Part shown: positions 9,246 through 18,883 of the stretch, one piece after another
How positions within the stretch are numbered: position 1 is the stretch's first letter
How the letters are laid out: every line of letters starts with the position of its first letter
NCBI GenBank assembly: GCA_947259405.1
Contig: CAMYLY010000004.1
Location: 171,529 to 235,528 of the forward strand
DNA: 64,000 nt
Direction: 5' to 3'
DNA from: an uncultured Gemmatimonadales bacterium
GTDB taxonomy: Bacteria; Gemmatimonadota; Gemmatimonadetes; Gemmatimonadales; GWC2-71-9
Position numbers and translations under genes: made by a program
The notes under the pieces: generated by a model
What the model was told of the DNA's origin: nothing
What the model saw: only the letters and a program-made list of their open reading frames with translations
The model's database searches: none

Positions 9246-10712
9246 ATGAAGATCCTGTCCAGATACCTGCTGAAACAGCACGCGATTCCCTTCATCTTCG
9301 CGTTCTCAGCCCTTACGGGATTCCTGCTCATCAACCAGGTGGCGCGCCGGATCGAGTCATTGCTGGGCAAGGGCCTACCGTGGACGGTAGTGGCCGAGTT
9401 CTTCATGCTTACGCTTCCGTATCTCATCGCCATGACGCTCTCCATGGCCGTGCTCGTCTCGGTCTTGTACGCCTTCACCCGCATGGCGGACGACAAAGAA
9501 ATCACAGCGATCCGCGCAAGCGGGGTCTCGTTGTGGCAGATTCTCGTTCCCGTCCTAGCCGGCGCGGCCGCCGTCTCAGTCGCTGCCTTTGTTTTCACTG
9601 ACCAAGTACTCCCTCGCACGAATCATCGCTTGCGCACGTTGATGACGTCGATCGCCCGCGCGAGCCCCACGTTCTCTCTGAAGGAACACTCCATCAATCA
9701 GGTGGGGCAGCGGCGGCGATACTTCCTCCGCGCTGCGAGCATCGATCAATCCACCTACCGCATGCGAGACGTGGCACTGTACGATCTAGCCGATTCTCGC
9801 AGTTCTCGCGTTGTGTATGCCGACTCCGGACGGCTGGGATACACGCCCGGGCAACAAGACCTGCAACTGAAGCTGTACGAGGCCCGTATACACGAATTCG
9901 ACCGCGATGAGACGCACATGTTCCAATCCTCTGATGTGGATGAGCAGATTCTGGTCATTCGGGGAATTGGGGCCGAATTCGTGCGAGCGGAAGAGGACAA
10001 CTACCGTGGCGATCGCGAGATGGGGACGTGCCAGCTCGATTCGGTCGTGCGACAAGCAGACCGTGAGCGGTTGATGTCCGAACTGCGGGCGGAGGCCGTG
10101 CGGAGCAACAACCTGCGCTCGCTGGTCGGCCTGCCGGTCATCGAGCCCGATACTACCCGCAGATCTCGTGGCCCGTCGCTCTACTGCCGCGCAACCGATG
10201 CCCTGGCTAACTGGTTGGGGCCCAAGCAGCTGGAGGCTCAGGAGGCGTCGCAGGATGAGCGCCAGATGGTCGATTCGACTCTGAAAGCCCTGGCCAAACA
10301 GCTCAACCCACGCGGCAGAATCGCGCTCGAGACCAGCGCGGTCCCGCCCAGCAACATCGGAGAGTTCCGGGCACTCGATGATCGCGCGCGGGCCTCACGC
10401 ATTCGCGCGGCGAACTACCGTGTCGAGTACTACAAGAAATACGCGATCCCGGCAGCGTGCATCGTGTTCGTCTTGATCGGTGTCCCGATCGCATTGCGCT
10501 TTTCGGGGGGCGGTGTGGGGCTGGTCGTTGGAGCGTCGATGCTGATATTCGGCATCTACTATGTCGGCCTGATTGCCGGCGAGTCGTTAGCCAACCGCTT
10601 GGTGGTTCCACCATTCTGGGCAATGTGGGCGTCGAACATTCTCTTTGCTGTGGCAGGAATAACGGCCCTGTGGCGCACCCATCTCGCCGGGACGGCGCCA
10701 AGAGCGAAATGA
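9246..10712 (+). CDS. lptF: LPS export ABC permease, LptF/LptG (YjgP/YjgQ) family
   Basis: Track ORF 8754..10712. The real start is Met165 (MKILSRYLLKQHAIPFIFAFSALTGFLLINQ). It has a long periplasmic insert and C-terminal YRVEYYKKYAIPAACIVFVLIGVP. Its stop overlaps the next start (ATGA at 10709-10712). Confidence 0.8.
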   Translation: MKILSRYLLKQHAIPFIFAFSALTGFLLINQVARRIESLLGKGLPWTVVAEFFMLTLPYLIAMTLSMAVLVSVLYAFTRMADDKEITAIRASGVSLWQILVPVLAGAAAVSVAAFVFTDQVLPRTNHRLRTLMTSIARASPTFSLKEHSINQVGQRRRYFLRAASIDQSTYRMRDVALYDLADSRSSRVVYADSGRLGYTPGQQDLQLKLYEARIHEFDRDETHMFQSSDVDEQILVIRGIGAEFVRAEEDNYRGDREMGTCQLDSVVRQADRERLMSELRAEAVRSNNLRSLVGLPVIEPDTTRRSRGPSLYCRATDALANWLGPKQLEAQEASQDERQMVDSTLKALAKQLNPRGRIALETSAVPPSNIGEFRALDDRARASRIRAANYRVEYYKKYAIPAACIVFVLIGVPIALRFSGGGVGLVVGASMLIFGIYYVGLIAGESLANRLVVPPFWAMWASNILFAVAGITALWRTHLAGTAPRAK

Positions 10713-11788
10713 TGCGGGTCCTGGACAAGTACCTCCTTCGGCAGTGGATCAAGATCTTCGGGTTCACCGCGCTCGGGTTTCCGCTCATCGTCATCCTCAT
10801 CGAGGTGACTGACGACCTCGACGTGCATATGGCGAGAGGCCTCGACCCAGCAACGGTGGCGGTTGCGTATTTGTTCTCGCTGCCGGACAAGGTCTTTCTC
10901 ATCCTGCCCGCAGCGGTGTTGTTTGCCACCGTCTTCAGCTTTGGCTCGATGGCGAAGCATTCGGAGATCGTCGCAGCAAAGGCCTCGGGACAGAGTTTCC
11001 ACCGGCTACTGTTACCGGTTCTTCTCGTTTCGGTGGGTGCCACGGCCCTGGGCATCGGCATCGGAGAGGCCGCCCCACCCGCCACACGCCGACAGCTCGA
11101 ACTTCTCGGAGAGCTGCGGACGTACTCGCAGACCGCACGCACGAACTTCGTGTACCGCGCCGAAGAGGGATGGACCTATACCATCCGAGAGCTCAACGCC
11201 TTCGAGCAGCGTGCGCGCCACATCGTGATGGAACGCGAAGGCACCGGCTACGAATACCCCACGTTGGCGATTCAGGCGGCCCAGGCGGAGTTTGACACGA
11301 CGTCCAGCCGCTGGACACTGGCGAACGCCCGCTTCCGGATCGTCCCCAGCGTCGCCAACGTCATTACATTCGCTGCAGACTCGCTATGGGTCCGCCACTT
11401 CGGGGAGACACCGGAAGAACTCCTCGTCGAGGAAAAACGTCCCGAGGAAATGCGGTACGCCGAGCTTGGGCGGTACATCGATTCCCTGGAGCGCTCCGGC
11501 GGGGACGGTCGGCAGCTCCGCGTTGGTCAGGCCCTGAAGATCGCCGTGCCGTTCACGTGCGTGATCATCGCGTTGTTCGGCGCCCCCATGGTCATGGCCG
11601 CACCACGTGCCGGAGGGACCATTGGCATCGCCATTAGCCTAGGCACAACCATTGTCTTTCTGACGCTCATCCAGCTCTCGCGTGCAATCGGACAGGGTGG
11701 ACTCATCCCACCGACCGTTGCTGCGTGGCTGCCCAATGCCGCCTTTGGGCTCACCGGACTTATTCTCCTGAGAAACGTGCGAACGTGA
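10709..11788 (+). CDS. lptG: LPS export ABC permease, LptF/LptG family
   Basis: Track ORF 10457..11788. The real start is MMRVLDKYLLRQWIKIFGFTALGFPLIVILIE. It is translationally coupled to lptF. Confidence 0.8.
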   Translation: MMRVLDKYLLRQWIKIFGFTALGFPLIVILIEVTDDLDVHMARGLDPATVAVAYLFSLPDKVFLILPAAVLFATVFSFGSMAKHSEIVAAKASGQSFHRLLLPVLLVSVGATALGIGIGEAAPPATRRQLELLGELRTYSQTARTNFVYRAEEGWTYTIRELNAFEQRARHIVMEREGTGYEYPTLAIQAAQAEFDTTSSRWTLANARFRIVPSVANVITFAADSLWVRHFGETPEELLVEEKRPEEMRYAELGRYIDSLERSGGDGRQLRVGQALKIAVPFTCVIIALFGAPMVMAAPRAGGTIGIAISLGTTIVFLTLIQLSRAIGQGGLIPPTVAAWLPNAAFGLTGLILLRNVRT

Positions 11789-12825
11789 TGATCGGATTCC
11801 GTCTCGCGGCCGTCACGAGCACGCTTCTGTCGGCCTCCCATCCCGCACTCGGGCAAGGGCTGACGGTAATCGAGGGCATTCGCGTCGGTCACCACACGCT
11901 CGCTGAGCGTCCCACGGGGTGCACGGTGGTTCTGACCGAGGCCGGCGCAGTGGCAAGCGTGGACGTGCGGGGTGGAGCTCCCGGCACACGCGAGACCGAC
12001 CTCCTCCGACCCGAGAACACGGTCCAAGAGGTTCATGCGGTCGTTCTCACTGGCGGGAGCGCGTTCGGATTGGCAGCGGCGGACGGGGTGGTCCGCTACC
12101 TCGAGGAACGCGGCAAGGGATTCGCCGTAGGGCCCGTTAGGGTGCCGATCGTTGCCGGTGCGGTCCTCTACGATCTAGGCGTCGGCCGGGACGCGACCAT
12201 CAGACCGGATGCCGCTTGTGGCTATGCTGCTGCGACCGCTGCCACCGACGAGACGACCGCCGAGGGCAACGTCGGCGCGGGTGCCGGCGCGACCGTCGGC
12301 AAGCTCCGCGGTTTGGCACGTGCCATGAAATCCGGCGTCGGCACAGCGTCGATCGTCTTGGACAATGGAGTGGCCGTCGCGGCGCTTGTTGCGGTCAATG
12401 CCATCGGTGACGTCGTGGATCCAAGCACCGGTGCCGTGATCGCGGGAGTGCGCACGCTCGACGGCCAGGCACTTTTGGACGCTCGCCGGCTGCTCCGCGG
12501 CGATTCCGTCACGGGGGGGCTCGGTGAGAACACGACAGTCGCCGTGGTTGCCACCAACGTCGTGTTCTCCAAGGCCGAGATGAACAAGATCGCCCAGATG
12601 GCACACGACGGATTGGCCCGGACCATTTATCCCGTGCACACACCTGCAGACGGCGACGCTGTCTTTGCACTGTCGACGGGCGCCTCATCCGCGCCGTCAT
12701 CGGTAATGGTCGTAGGTGCGCTGGCGGCCGACGTGCTCGCCGAAGCGGTGCTGCGTGCCGTTCGCGCCGCCGAGGGACTCCCCGACCTGCCGGCGGCCAG
12801 AGATATGGCCCGCAGGAGCCGATAA
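11788..12825 (+). CDS. P1 (DmpA/S58) family aminopeptidase, secreted
   Basis: Start at Met22 of track ORF 11725..12825 (MIGFRLAAVTSTLLSASHPALGQG, a signal peptide). Motifs GIRVGHHTLAERPTGCTVVL, DVRGGAPGTRETDLL and VHAVVLTGGSAFGLAAADGVVRYLEERG are typical of DmpA-like peptidases. Confidence 0.75.
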   Translation: MIGFRLAAVTSTLLSASHPALGQGLTVIEGIRVGHHTLAERPTGCTVVLTEAGAVASVDVRGGAPGTRETDLLRPENTVQEVHAVVLTGGSAFGLAAADGVVRYLEERGKGFAVGPVRVPIVAGAVLYDLGVGRDATIRPDAACGYAAATAATDETTAEGNVGAGAGATVGKLRGLARAMKSGVGTASIVLDNGVAVAALVAVNAIGDVVDPSTGAVIAGVRTLDGQALLDARRLLRGDSVTGGLGENTTVAVVATNVVFSKAEMNKIAQMAHDGLARTIYPVHTPADGDAVFALSTGASSAPSSVMVVGALAADVLAEAVLRAVRAAEGLPDLPAARDMARRSR

Positions 12826-14215
12826 CACGCAGCTCACACTCTTACTCGTCTACGCCGTAGCTCTCATCGCGCTCGGGTTGTGGATCGGGCGGAGCGTCGA
12901 CAGTTCCGGCCTGTTCTTCGTCGCCGGTCGCGCCTTGGGACCGGCGTTGATCTTCTCAACGGTGCTCGCCGCGAACATCGGGGCGGGATCGACGATCGGT
13001 GCATCGGGACTGGGATACCGCGACGGGCTCAGCGCGTGGTGGTGGGTAGGGTCGGCCGGCATCGGGACGCTCCTCCTGGCACACTGGGTCGGGCCGCGTA
13101 TCTGGCAAGTCGCCCGTGACCGCGGTCTGTTCACGGTGGGGGACTATCTGGAGTGGCGGTACTCAGCCACCGTTCGGGCGGTGGTGGCCGCGATGCTCTG
13201 GTTGGTGACACTCGCCATCCTCGCGGGGCAGTTGATCGGCATCGCCTGGATCTTGAACGTGGTTGCAGGCGTCCCCAAGCCCGTTGGCTGTATCCTCGGC
13301 GGATTAGTGACCACTGCCTACTTCACGGCGGGGGGGCTGTTAACCTCCGCTTGGGTGAATGTCGTACAGCTCGTTGTGATGGCAACCGGCTTCGCGATCG
13401 CGCTGCCCCTGATCTTGGCCGACGCGGGGGGCTGGTCTAGCGTTGTTGCGTCACGCCCCGCCGACGACTTTTTCCAATTCTGGTCCGGTGGGCAGTCAGG
13501 TTGGGTTTACCTCGCCCTCTTGGGACCGGCGTTCATCGTCTCGCCGGGTCTGATACAGAAGGTGTATGGTGCCCGGGACGTTCGCGCGATTCGTGTTGGC
13601 CTCACGGCGACGGCAGTGGCACTCATGGTCTTCGCTGCCGTGCCGCCACTCCTCGGCATGCTCGCCCGCGTCTACGACCCAGCGCTGGCGTCGGCGGAAA
13701 TGGCTCTCCCTACCGTCCTCTTGCTGGGTCTCCCCGCCAGCCTGGGCCTGCTTACGTTAGCCGCCGTCCTGTCCGCCGAACTGAGTTCAGCCGATGCCGT
13801 TCTGTTCATGCTGTCGACCTCTCTCTCCAAGGATCTCTACCACCGATTTGTCAACACGGATGCAACCGACCGACAAACCCTCCGCGTGGCACGGTTCGCC
13901 GCCCTTGGGGGCGGGACAGCAGCAACCGGTCTCGCATTGCTCCTGCCATCAGTAATCTCGTCGCTGACCGTGTTCTATTCTCTGCTCACGGTCACATTGT
14001 TCGTGCCTATTGTAGCGGGGCTGGCGTCGCGGAAAGCAGGAACGGCAGAGGGGCTCGCTGCGGTGCTCGCAGGCGCCAGCGCGCTGATTGCAGCGGCCAT
14101 TTGGATCGATGCGGTGTCGGGTAGCTTGTGGACGCCAGTGTCGTTCGGGCTCGCAGCGGCGATCCTCGCGTTTGGCGCCGTCTACCTGGTGCGGTTGCTT
14201 GGGCCAGTTTCCTAG
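12716..14215 (+). CDS. Sodium:solute symporter (SSS) family transporter; start uncertain
   Basis: Polytopic membrane protein with SSS-like features (FFVAGRALGPALIFSTVLAANIGAGSTIGASGLGY). The first 37 residues from GTG 12716 overlap the upstream gene by 110 nt and look non-coding. The membrane domain begins near 12830, where no ATG/GTG/TTG exists. Confidence 0.7.
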   Translation: MRWRPTCSPKRCCVPFAPPRDSPTCRRPEIWPAGADNTQLTLLLVYAVALIALGLWIGRSVDSSGLFFVAGRALGPALIFSTVLAANIGAGSTIGASGLGYRDGLSAWWWVGSAGIGTLLLAHWVGPRIWQVARDRGLFTVGDYLEWRYSATVRAVVAAMLWLVTLAILAGQLIGIAWILNVVAGVPKPVGCILGGLVTTAYFTAGGLLTSAWVNVVQLVVMATGFAIALPLILADAGGWSSVVASRPADDFFQFWSGGQSGWVYLALLGPAFIVSPGLIQKVYGARDVRAIRVGLTATAVALMVFAAVPPLLGMLARVYDPALASAEMALPTVLLLGLPASLGLLTLAAVLSAELSSADAVLFMLSTSLSKDLYHRFVNTDATDRQTLRVARFAALGGGTAATGLALLLPSVISSLTVFYSLLTVTLFVPIVAGLASRKAGTAEGLAAVLAGASALIAAAIWIDAVSGSLWTPVSFGLAAAILAFGAVYLVRLLGPVS

Positions 14216-15043
14216 GTGGGCTCCAACTCCAGGCCCATGTTCAGTGCCTGTACCGAATGCGTCAGCGCACCCACTGACACGAAATCGGCCCCAGCATCGG
14301 CATAACCTCGAACGTTAGCCAGTGTCACTCCGCCAGTGGCCTCGATTTCGATTTCAGCGTTCAATTGACGACCTATCGCTGCGAGCGTGCGAAACGCATC
14401 GATAGGCTGATTATCGATCATCAACCGGGTAGCCCCGGCATCGATCGCCTCGCGCACCTGCTGCGCGTCCTCAACTTCTATGTGAAGGACGTTGGCGCCA
14501 CTTGCACGTGCATTGGCACACACGGTCGTGAGCGACTGCCCACCTGATCGTAGGGCACGCCAGTGGTTGTCTTTGATCATGACTTGCGTGTCGAGACCGA
14601 GACGATGCTGTAGTCCCCCGCCGGCGATGACGGCCCGTACCTCGAACCCGCGCAAACCTGGAGTCGTCTTCGACTCCCTCTACGAAGGCTCGCGTCGCCG
14701 TCGCAATCCCCCCAGCTCGCTGGAGTAGGTTGAGCATGGGCCGTTCGGCCCGAAGGACCGTGACAAGGGGACCGGCAATGAGTCCAAGCTCCGCCCCAGC
14801 GTCCAGGGTATCGCCGTCCTTCGCCCGCCACGTGACGGACACCCGCAGCTGATCGCAGACGGCTTGTGCGTACGCCAATCCCGCCACGACCCCCCGCTGT
14901 TGCATCGTGATACCCGCCCTTACCGGTTCAGGCGATGCTAGCGCTTCGCTCGTCACATCGCGTTCGCCGTCTTCGGCAATCGCGGTGTGCGCGACGCGGA
15001 TCGTGTCTATTGAAAGAGGCGGTAGGGAATCGGCCGCCGTCAC
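14212..15043 (-). pseudogene. nadC: Nicotinate-nucleotide pyrophosphorylase (quinolinate phosphoribosyltransferase), disrupted by a frameshift and short deletion
   Basis: The N-terminal half lies in track ORF 14471..15043 (ERPMLNLLQRAGGIATATRAFVEGVE, then nonsense). The C-terminal half lies in the +1 frame, ORF 14212..14655 (KTTPGLRGFEVRAVIAGGGLQHRLGLDTQVMIKDNHW...VGALTHS), which has a TAG at 14680-14682 just upstream. About 10 residues, including the conserved DTR before KT, are missing at the junction (about 14656-14683). Confidence 0.75.
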
Positions 15044-15065
15044 GCGTGCCAGACGACCGTTGAGG

Positions 15066-16058
15066 TCAACCCAGCCGGATCATGCGATCGAGAGCTAATC
15101 GCGCCCTTGCCGCTGTCTCTTCGTCAACCGTGACTTCGAACTGATCCTCAAGCAGCGCCTCGCGCAGGCTTTCAAGGGTAATCGTCTTCATGTAGGTGCA
15201 CACCGCTTCAGGGTCAGCCGCAATGAAGTGCTTTTCGGGGGCGAGTTGCTGCATACGATGCAAAATGCCGATCTCGGTTGCCACGATAAACCGAGAGGCC
15301 GGTCGTTCGTGCACAAGTTGCACCATACCCTCAGTCGACGCGACATGCAGGCCCGCGGCATCGACGTCTCCCAGTCCTGCAGAGTAGATCACTTGTCCCG
15401 CACACCCGCACTCCGGGTGCACCAGTACTTCGGCGTCCGGATACTGCTGTCGCCGGGCATTCACGGTACGCGCATTGATTTCCTTGTGCACGTGACACTC
15501 GCCCATCCAGATCTCGAGGCGGCGACCTGGCCTCTCCCGTCTAATGTGCGCTCCGAGGAAGAAATCCGGAAGGAAGAGGATACCCTTGTCGTCGGGGATA
15601 GCGTCGATGACCGCCAGCACGTTTCCACTGGTACAGCAATAGTCGAGTTCGGCTTTGACGTCAGCGCTTGTGTTGACATACCCTACCGCGACGTAGTCGG
15701 GGAACTCCGCACGCCATTTGCGCACGTCTTCGGCGGTGATCGACGCCGCCAATGAACAACCTGCCCGAAGGTCAGGCAGTAGCACGCGCTTCTGCGGCGA
15801 GAGAATCGCCGCTGTCTCAGCCATGAAATGCACACCACAGAAGACGATCACATCCGAGTCGGTGGCAGCAGCTTGGCGTGAGAGTCCGAGCGAGTCACCC
15901 ACGTAGTGCGCGACGTCCTGTACTTCAGGTCGCTGGTAGTTGTGAGCCAGGATGACCGCCTGCCGCGCCACAGCAAGCTCGTGGATGTCTTGCTGCAGGC
16001 GCGACACGTTCCCAGGGGACGTGTCGACGACCTCGAGAATCGGAAGTGGGAGGGCCAT
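15066..16058 (-). CDS. nadA: Quinolinate synthase
   Basis: The 330-aa ORF carries AHNYQRPEVQDVAHYVGDSLGLSRQAA, VFCGVHFMAETAAILSP and HPECG motifs. Confidence 0.9.
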   Translation of the reverse strand: MALPLPILEVVDTSPGNVSRLQQDIHELAVARQAVILAHNYQRPEVQDVAHYVGDSLGLSRQAAATDSDVIVFCGVHFMAETAAILSPQKRVLLPDLRAGCSLAASITAEDVRKWRAEFPDYVAVGYVNTSADVKAELDYCCTSGNVLAVIDAIPDDKGILFLPDFFLGAHIRRERPGRRLEIWMGECHVHKEINARTVNARRQQYPDAEVLVHPECGCAGQVIYSAGLGDVDAAGLHVASTEGMVQLVHERPASRFIVATEIGILHRMQQLAPEKHFIAADPEAVCTYMKTITLESLREALLEDQFEVTVDEETAARARLALDRMIRLG

Positions 16059-16207
16059 CAGCTGCTGCTAACCACTTACAAGGGCTCCAGACAAAACATC
16101 GCCGGGTCGCGGCGGCCTATAACGTAATGGGGCTACCGTGTTCTGGCAACGTAACTGAATGTCGCTTCGTAGCATAGCGCCCTAAAAGATGGTAAACTGT
16201 CCAGCTT

Positions 16208-17674
16208 ATGGAAACCTACGGCTTCCTCTCTGTCATACCCCCGATCGTCGCCATCGGTCTCGCCATCAAGACCAAGCAGGTCTATCTGTCGCTGGGCCTG
16301 TTCATCTGGCTGGGATGGACCATCATGAGCGGTTGGAATCCGATCATCGGTCTGGTTCGGTCCGTAGACATCTTTCTTATTTCGGTGACCGATGCCGACA
16401 ATGCGCGCGTGTTGCTGTTTTCGGCGTTGATCGGAGCGATGATCACGTTCACGCAGGTTTCCGGAGGAATGGACGGATTTGTCAGGTGGGTCGAGCAGCT
16501 CGGCCTGACGCGGTCCAGGCGTTCGGTGAGCCTCATGACGGTCGCTGTGAGCATGGCCGTCTTCCTCGAGAGTAACTTCGGTCTCTTGGTCTCCGGGTCG
16601 GTGGCGCGCCCACTATTCGACAAGTGCCAGATTTCGCGCGAGAAGTTAAGCTACATCATCGACGCGACTTGTGCGCCGAAGTGCATTCTTATCGGTAGCT
16701 TGCTGCCGCTCAATGCGTGGGGCGCTTATGTCATAACGCTCCTCGCCAACGAAGGCATCGAGAATCCCCTGTCGCTCCTGGTTTCAACCGTAGCGCTCAA
16801 CTTCTACTCGATCATTGCCATCGTCTTGGCGATCTACCTGATCGTCTCCCAGCGCGACTTCGGACCCATGCGGGAAGCCGAGCGACGTGTCACGGAAGAG
16901 GGCAAGCTACTGCGAGATGGAGCACGACCCATGGTCGCGTCCGACGTCGCCATGGCCGACCCGAAGAGCGACGTGCCCAGGCGGGCGCACAACATGATCG
17001 TTCCGATCGCGGTCATGATCGGCGTCGTGCCGATCGTGCTGTACATAACAGGGGTCCAAGCGCTCGAGGACGAAGGCCTCACGGGATCCATCCTCGATGC
17101 ACTCACCGAAGGCAGCGGCTCGACAGCCGTGCTGTGGGGCGTGATCGTGGGTCTCATCATAGGGGCTGCCTCGTATCGCGTTCAGGGCATTCTGAGCCTT
17201 CCCGACGCTGCGGAACAAGTGATCAAGGGCATTCAGGGCTTGATTCCTCTGGTCATCGTGCTCTCGCTGGCCTTTGCCATCGGGGCGACCACGCGCGAGA
17301 TGGGAACCGGCATCTACATCGCCCAGGCTGCCGAAGCAACGCTCAACACAGCGTTCATTCCCGCGCTCGTATTCCTACTCGCATGCTTCATTGCGTTTTC
17401 GACGGGTACGTCGTGGGGCACGTTCGGCATCATGATACCCATCGTCGTTCCGATGATAGAGATTCTCGGGCTCCACGGGGGACTGACCATTGCTGCCGCC
17501 CTGGGAGGTGGCATTTTCGGCGATCACTGCTCACCGATCTCAGATTCGACGATCGTGGCTTCGATGGCATCCGCGACCGACCACATCGATCACGTCCGTA
17601 CCCAGCTCCCTTACGCGATGGTCGCCGCGGGGACAGCAACCGTCCTGTTCGTGACCTTCGGGTTCGTGCTCTGA
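16208..17674 (+). CDS. NhaC-family Na+/H+ antiporter-like transporter
   Basis: The 488-aa polytopic ORF has an N-terminus (METYGFLSVIPPIVAIGLAIKTKQVYLSLGLFIWLGW) and overall architecture typical of the NhaC family. Confidence 0.7.
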   Translation: METYGFLSVIPPIVAIGLAIKTKQVYLSLGLFIWLGWTIMSGWNPIIGLVRSVDIFLISVTDADNARVLLFSALIGAMITFTQVSGGMDGFVRWVEQLGLTRSRRSVSLMTVAVSMAVFLESNFGLLVSGSVARPLFDKCQISREKLSYIIDATCAPKCILIGSLLPLNAWGAYVITLLANEGIENPLSLLVSTVALNFYSIIAIVLAIYLIVSQRDFGPMREAERRVTEEGKLLRDGARPMVASDVAMADPKSDVPRRAHNMIVPIAVMIGVVPIVLYITGVQALEDEGLTGSILDALTEGSGSTAVLWGVIVGLIIGAASYRVQGILSLPDAAEQVIKGIQGLIPLVIVLSLAFAIGATTREMGTGIYIAQAAEATLNTAFIPALVFLLACFIAFSTGTSWGTFGIMIPIVVPMIEILGLHGGLTIAAALGGGIFGDHCSPISDSTIVASMASATDHIDHVRTQLPYAMVAAGTATVLFVTFGFVL

Positions 17675-17700
17675 GCGTCCAACCAGACCCAACCGAAATC

Positions 17701-18873
17701 TCAGGGTAGAATCAACTCTTGCTGCGGAGACGCCGGCGTCACCTCTGCGCCGGCATCTCCAACGTAGACGTTGATCTCGCTCCGAACCCCGAACTCGCCC
17801 ACCAGGTACACTCCCGGTTCAACGGAAAACCCGATGCCGGGAAGCAACTCGCGCACGTCGTGCGTCTCGAAATCATCGAGGTGGGGTCCGGAGCCATGCA
17901 AATCCAATTCGATAGAGTGTCCAGTACGATGAACGAAGGCCGCCCCATACCCAGCGCGCTCGACTACCTCCCGTGCCGCACGATCGAGCGCAGCTCCCGT
18001 GATAGACGTTCTCCGGTCGAGCGCGTTGGTCAGCGTTGCCACGGCGGCATCACGGGCTTCACGTACGACGTCCCACACGGTTGCGACTGCCTTCCCCGGC
18101 GACGCGCCGGAGAACCCCATCCACGTCTGATCGGCCCACACCGACTGGGCATTTGGCCGGGCCCAGAGGTCAAGTAGCACCACTTGGTCAGCCTCGAGCA
18201 CCCGCGATGTGGCCTCAGTTGGCGAGTAGTGTGGGTCCGCAGCGTGGCTCTGGAATGCCACGATTGGCGGATCCTCGGTTGCGAGACCCGCGCGTGCGAA
18301 CGCCTGCAATACGTCGCGCTGGACATCGACTTCGTTTGCTTCGCCTACTTGTTGGACCACTCGGGCGATCGTCTGCCGCGCGATCTCCGCGATGGTTTCC
18401 GCCGTACTACGGTGATCCGCCAGCTCTTGCGACGACCACTGTGCCGCAAACTGCGTCACGAGAGAGTCAGATGACACGAGGGTTGCCCCGAGCCGACTTA
18501 GCAACTCCACGACGCCTGCCGGAACACGATCCAGATACGGAACGGCATTCTCTGGGGAGATCTCCATGCCGATGCGCCGGCCGCGCACCAGCTCGGCAAG
18601 GGCCTGCTGGAGTTCCTTCCACGTCGTGTACACGGTGACATCCCCCGGAAACTCTGGCAGAGCGATCCGATCGATGTTGTGCACGATCAGCTGCGGGGGC
18701 CCGATAGCAGGGAGCCATACGAAGAGTCGGCGAGTCACCATGCCGGCCGGCCCCAACATCCGACTCACCATTGGGTTGAGCCCGTGAAAGTCGTAAATCA
18801 ACCAGCCGTCCAAGCCACGCTGGCGCAACACGTCGCTGAGCCGATGCATGTCGAGATTCGCGAGCGCAGTCAT
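17701..18873 (-). CDS. M24 family metallopeptidase (Xaa-Pro aminopeptidase-like)
   Basis: Track ORF 17701..18942. The likely start is Met24 (MTALANLDMHRLSDVLRQRGLDGWLIY). C-terminal motifs are FVHRTGHSIELDLHGSGPHL and GIGFSVEPGVY. Confidence 0.8.
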   Translation of the reverse strand: MTALANLDMHRLSDVLRQRGLDGWLIYDFHGLNPMVSRMLGPAGMVTRRLFVWLPAIGPPQLIVHNIDRIALPEFPGDVTVYTTWKELQQALAELVRGRRIGMEISPENAVPYLDRVPAGVVELLSRLGATLVSSDSLVTQFAAQWSSQELADHRSTAETIAEIARQTIARVVQQVGEANEVDVQRDVLQAFARAGLATEDPPIVAFQSHAADPHYSPTEATSRVLEADQVVLLDLWARPNAQSVWADQTWMGFSGASPGKAVATVWDVVREARDAAVATLTNALDRRTSITGAALDRAAREVVERAGYGAAFVHRTGHSIELDLHGSGPHLDDFETHDVRELLPGIGFSVEPGVYLVGEFGVRSEINVYVGDAGAEVTPASPQQELILP

Positions 18874-18883
18874 GACGCACCTT

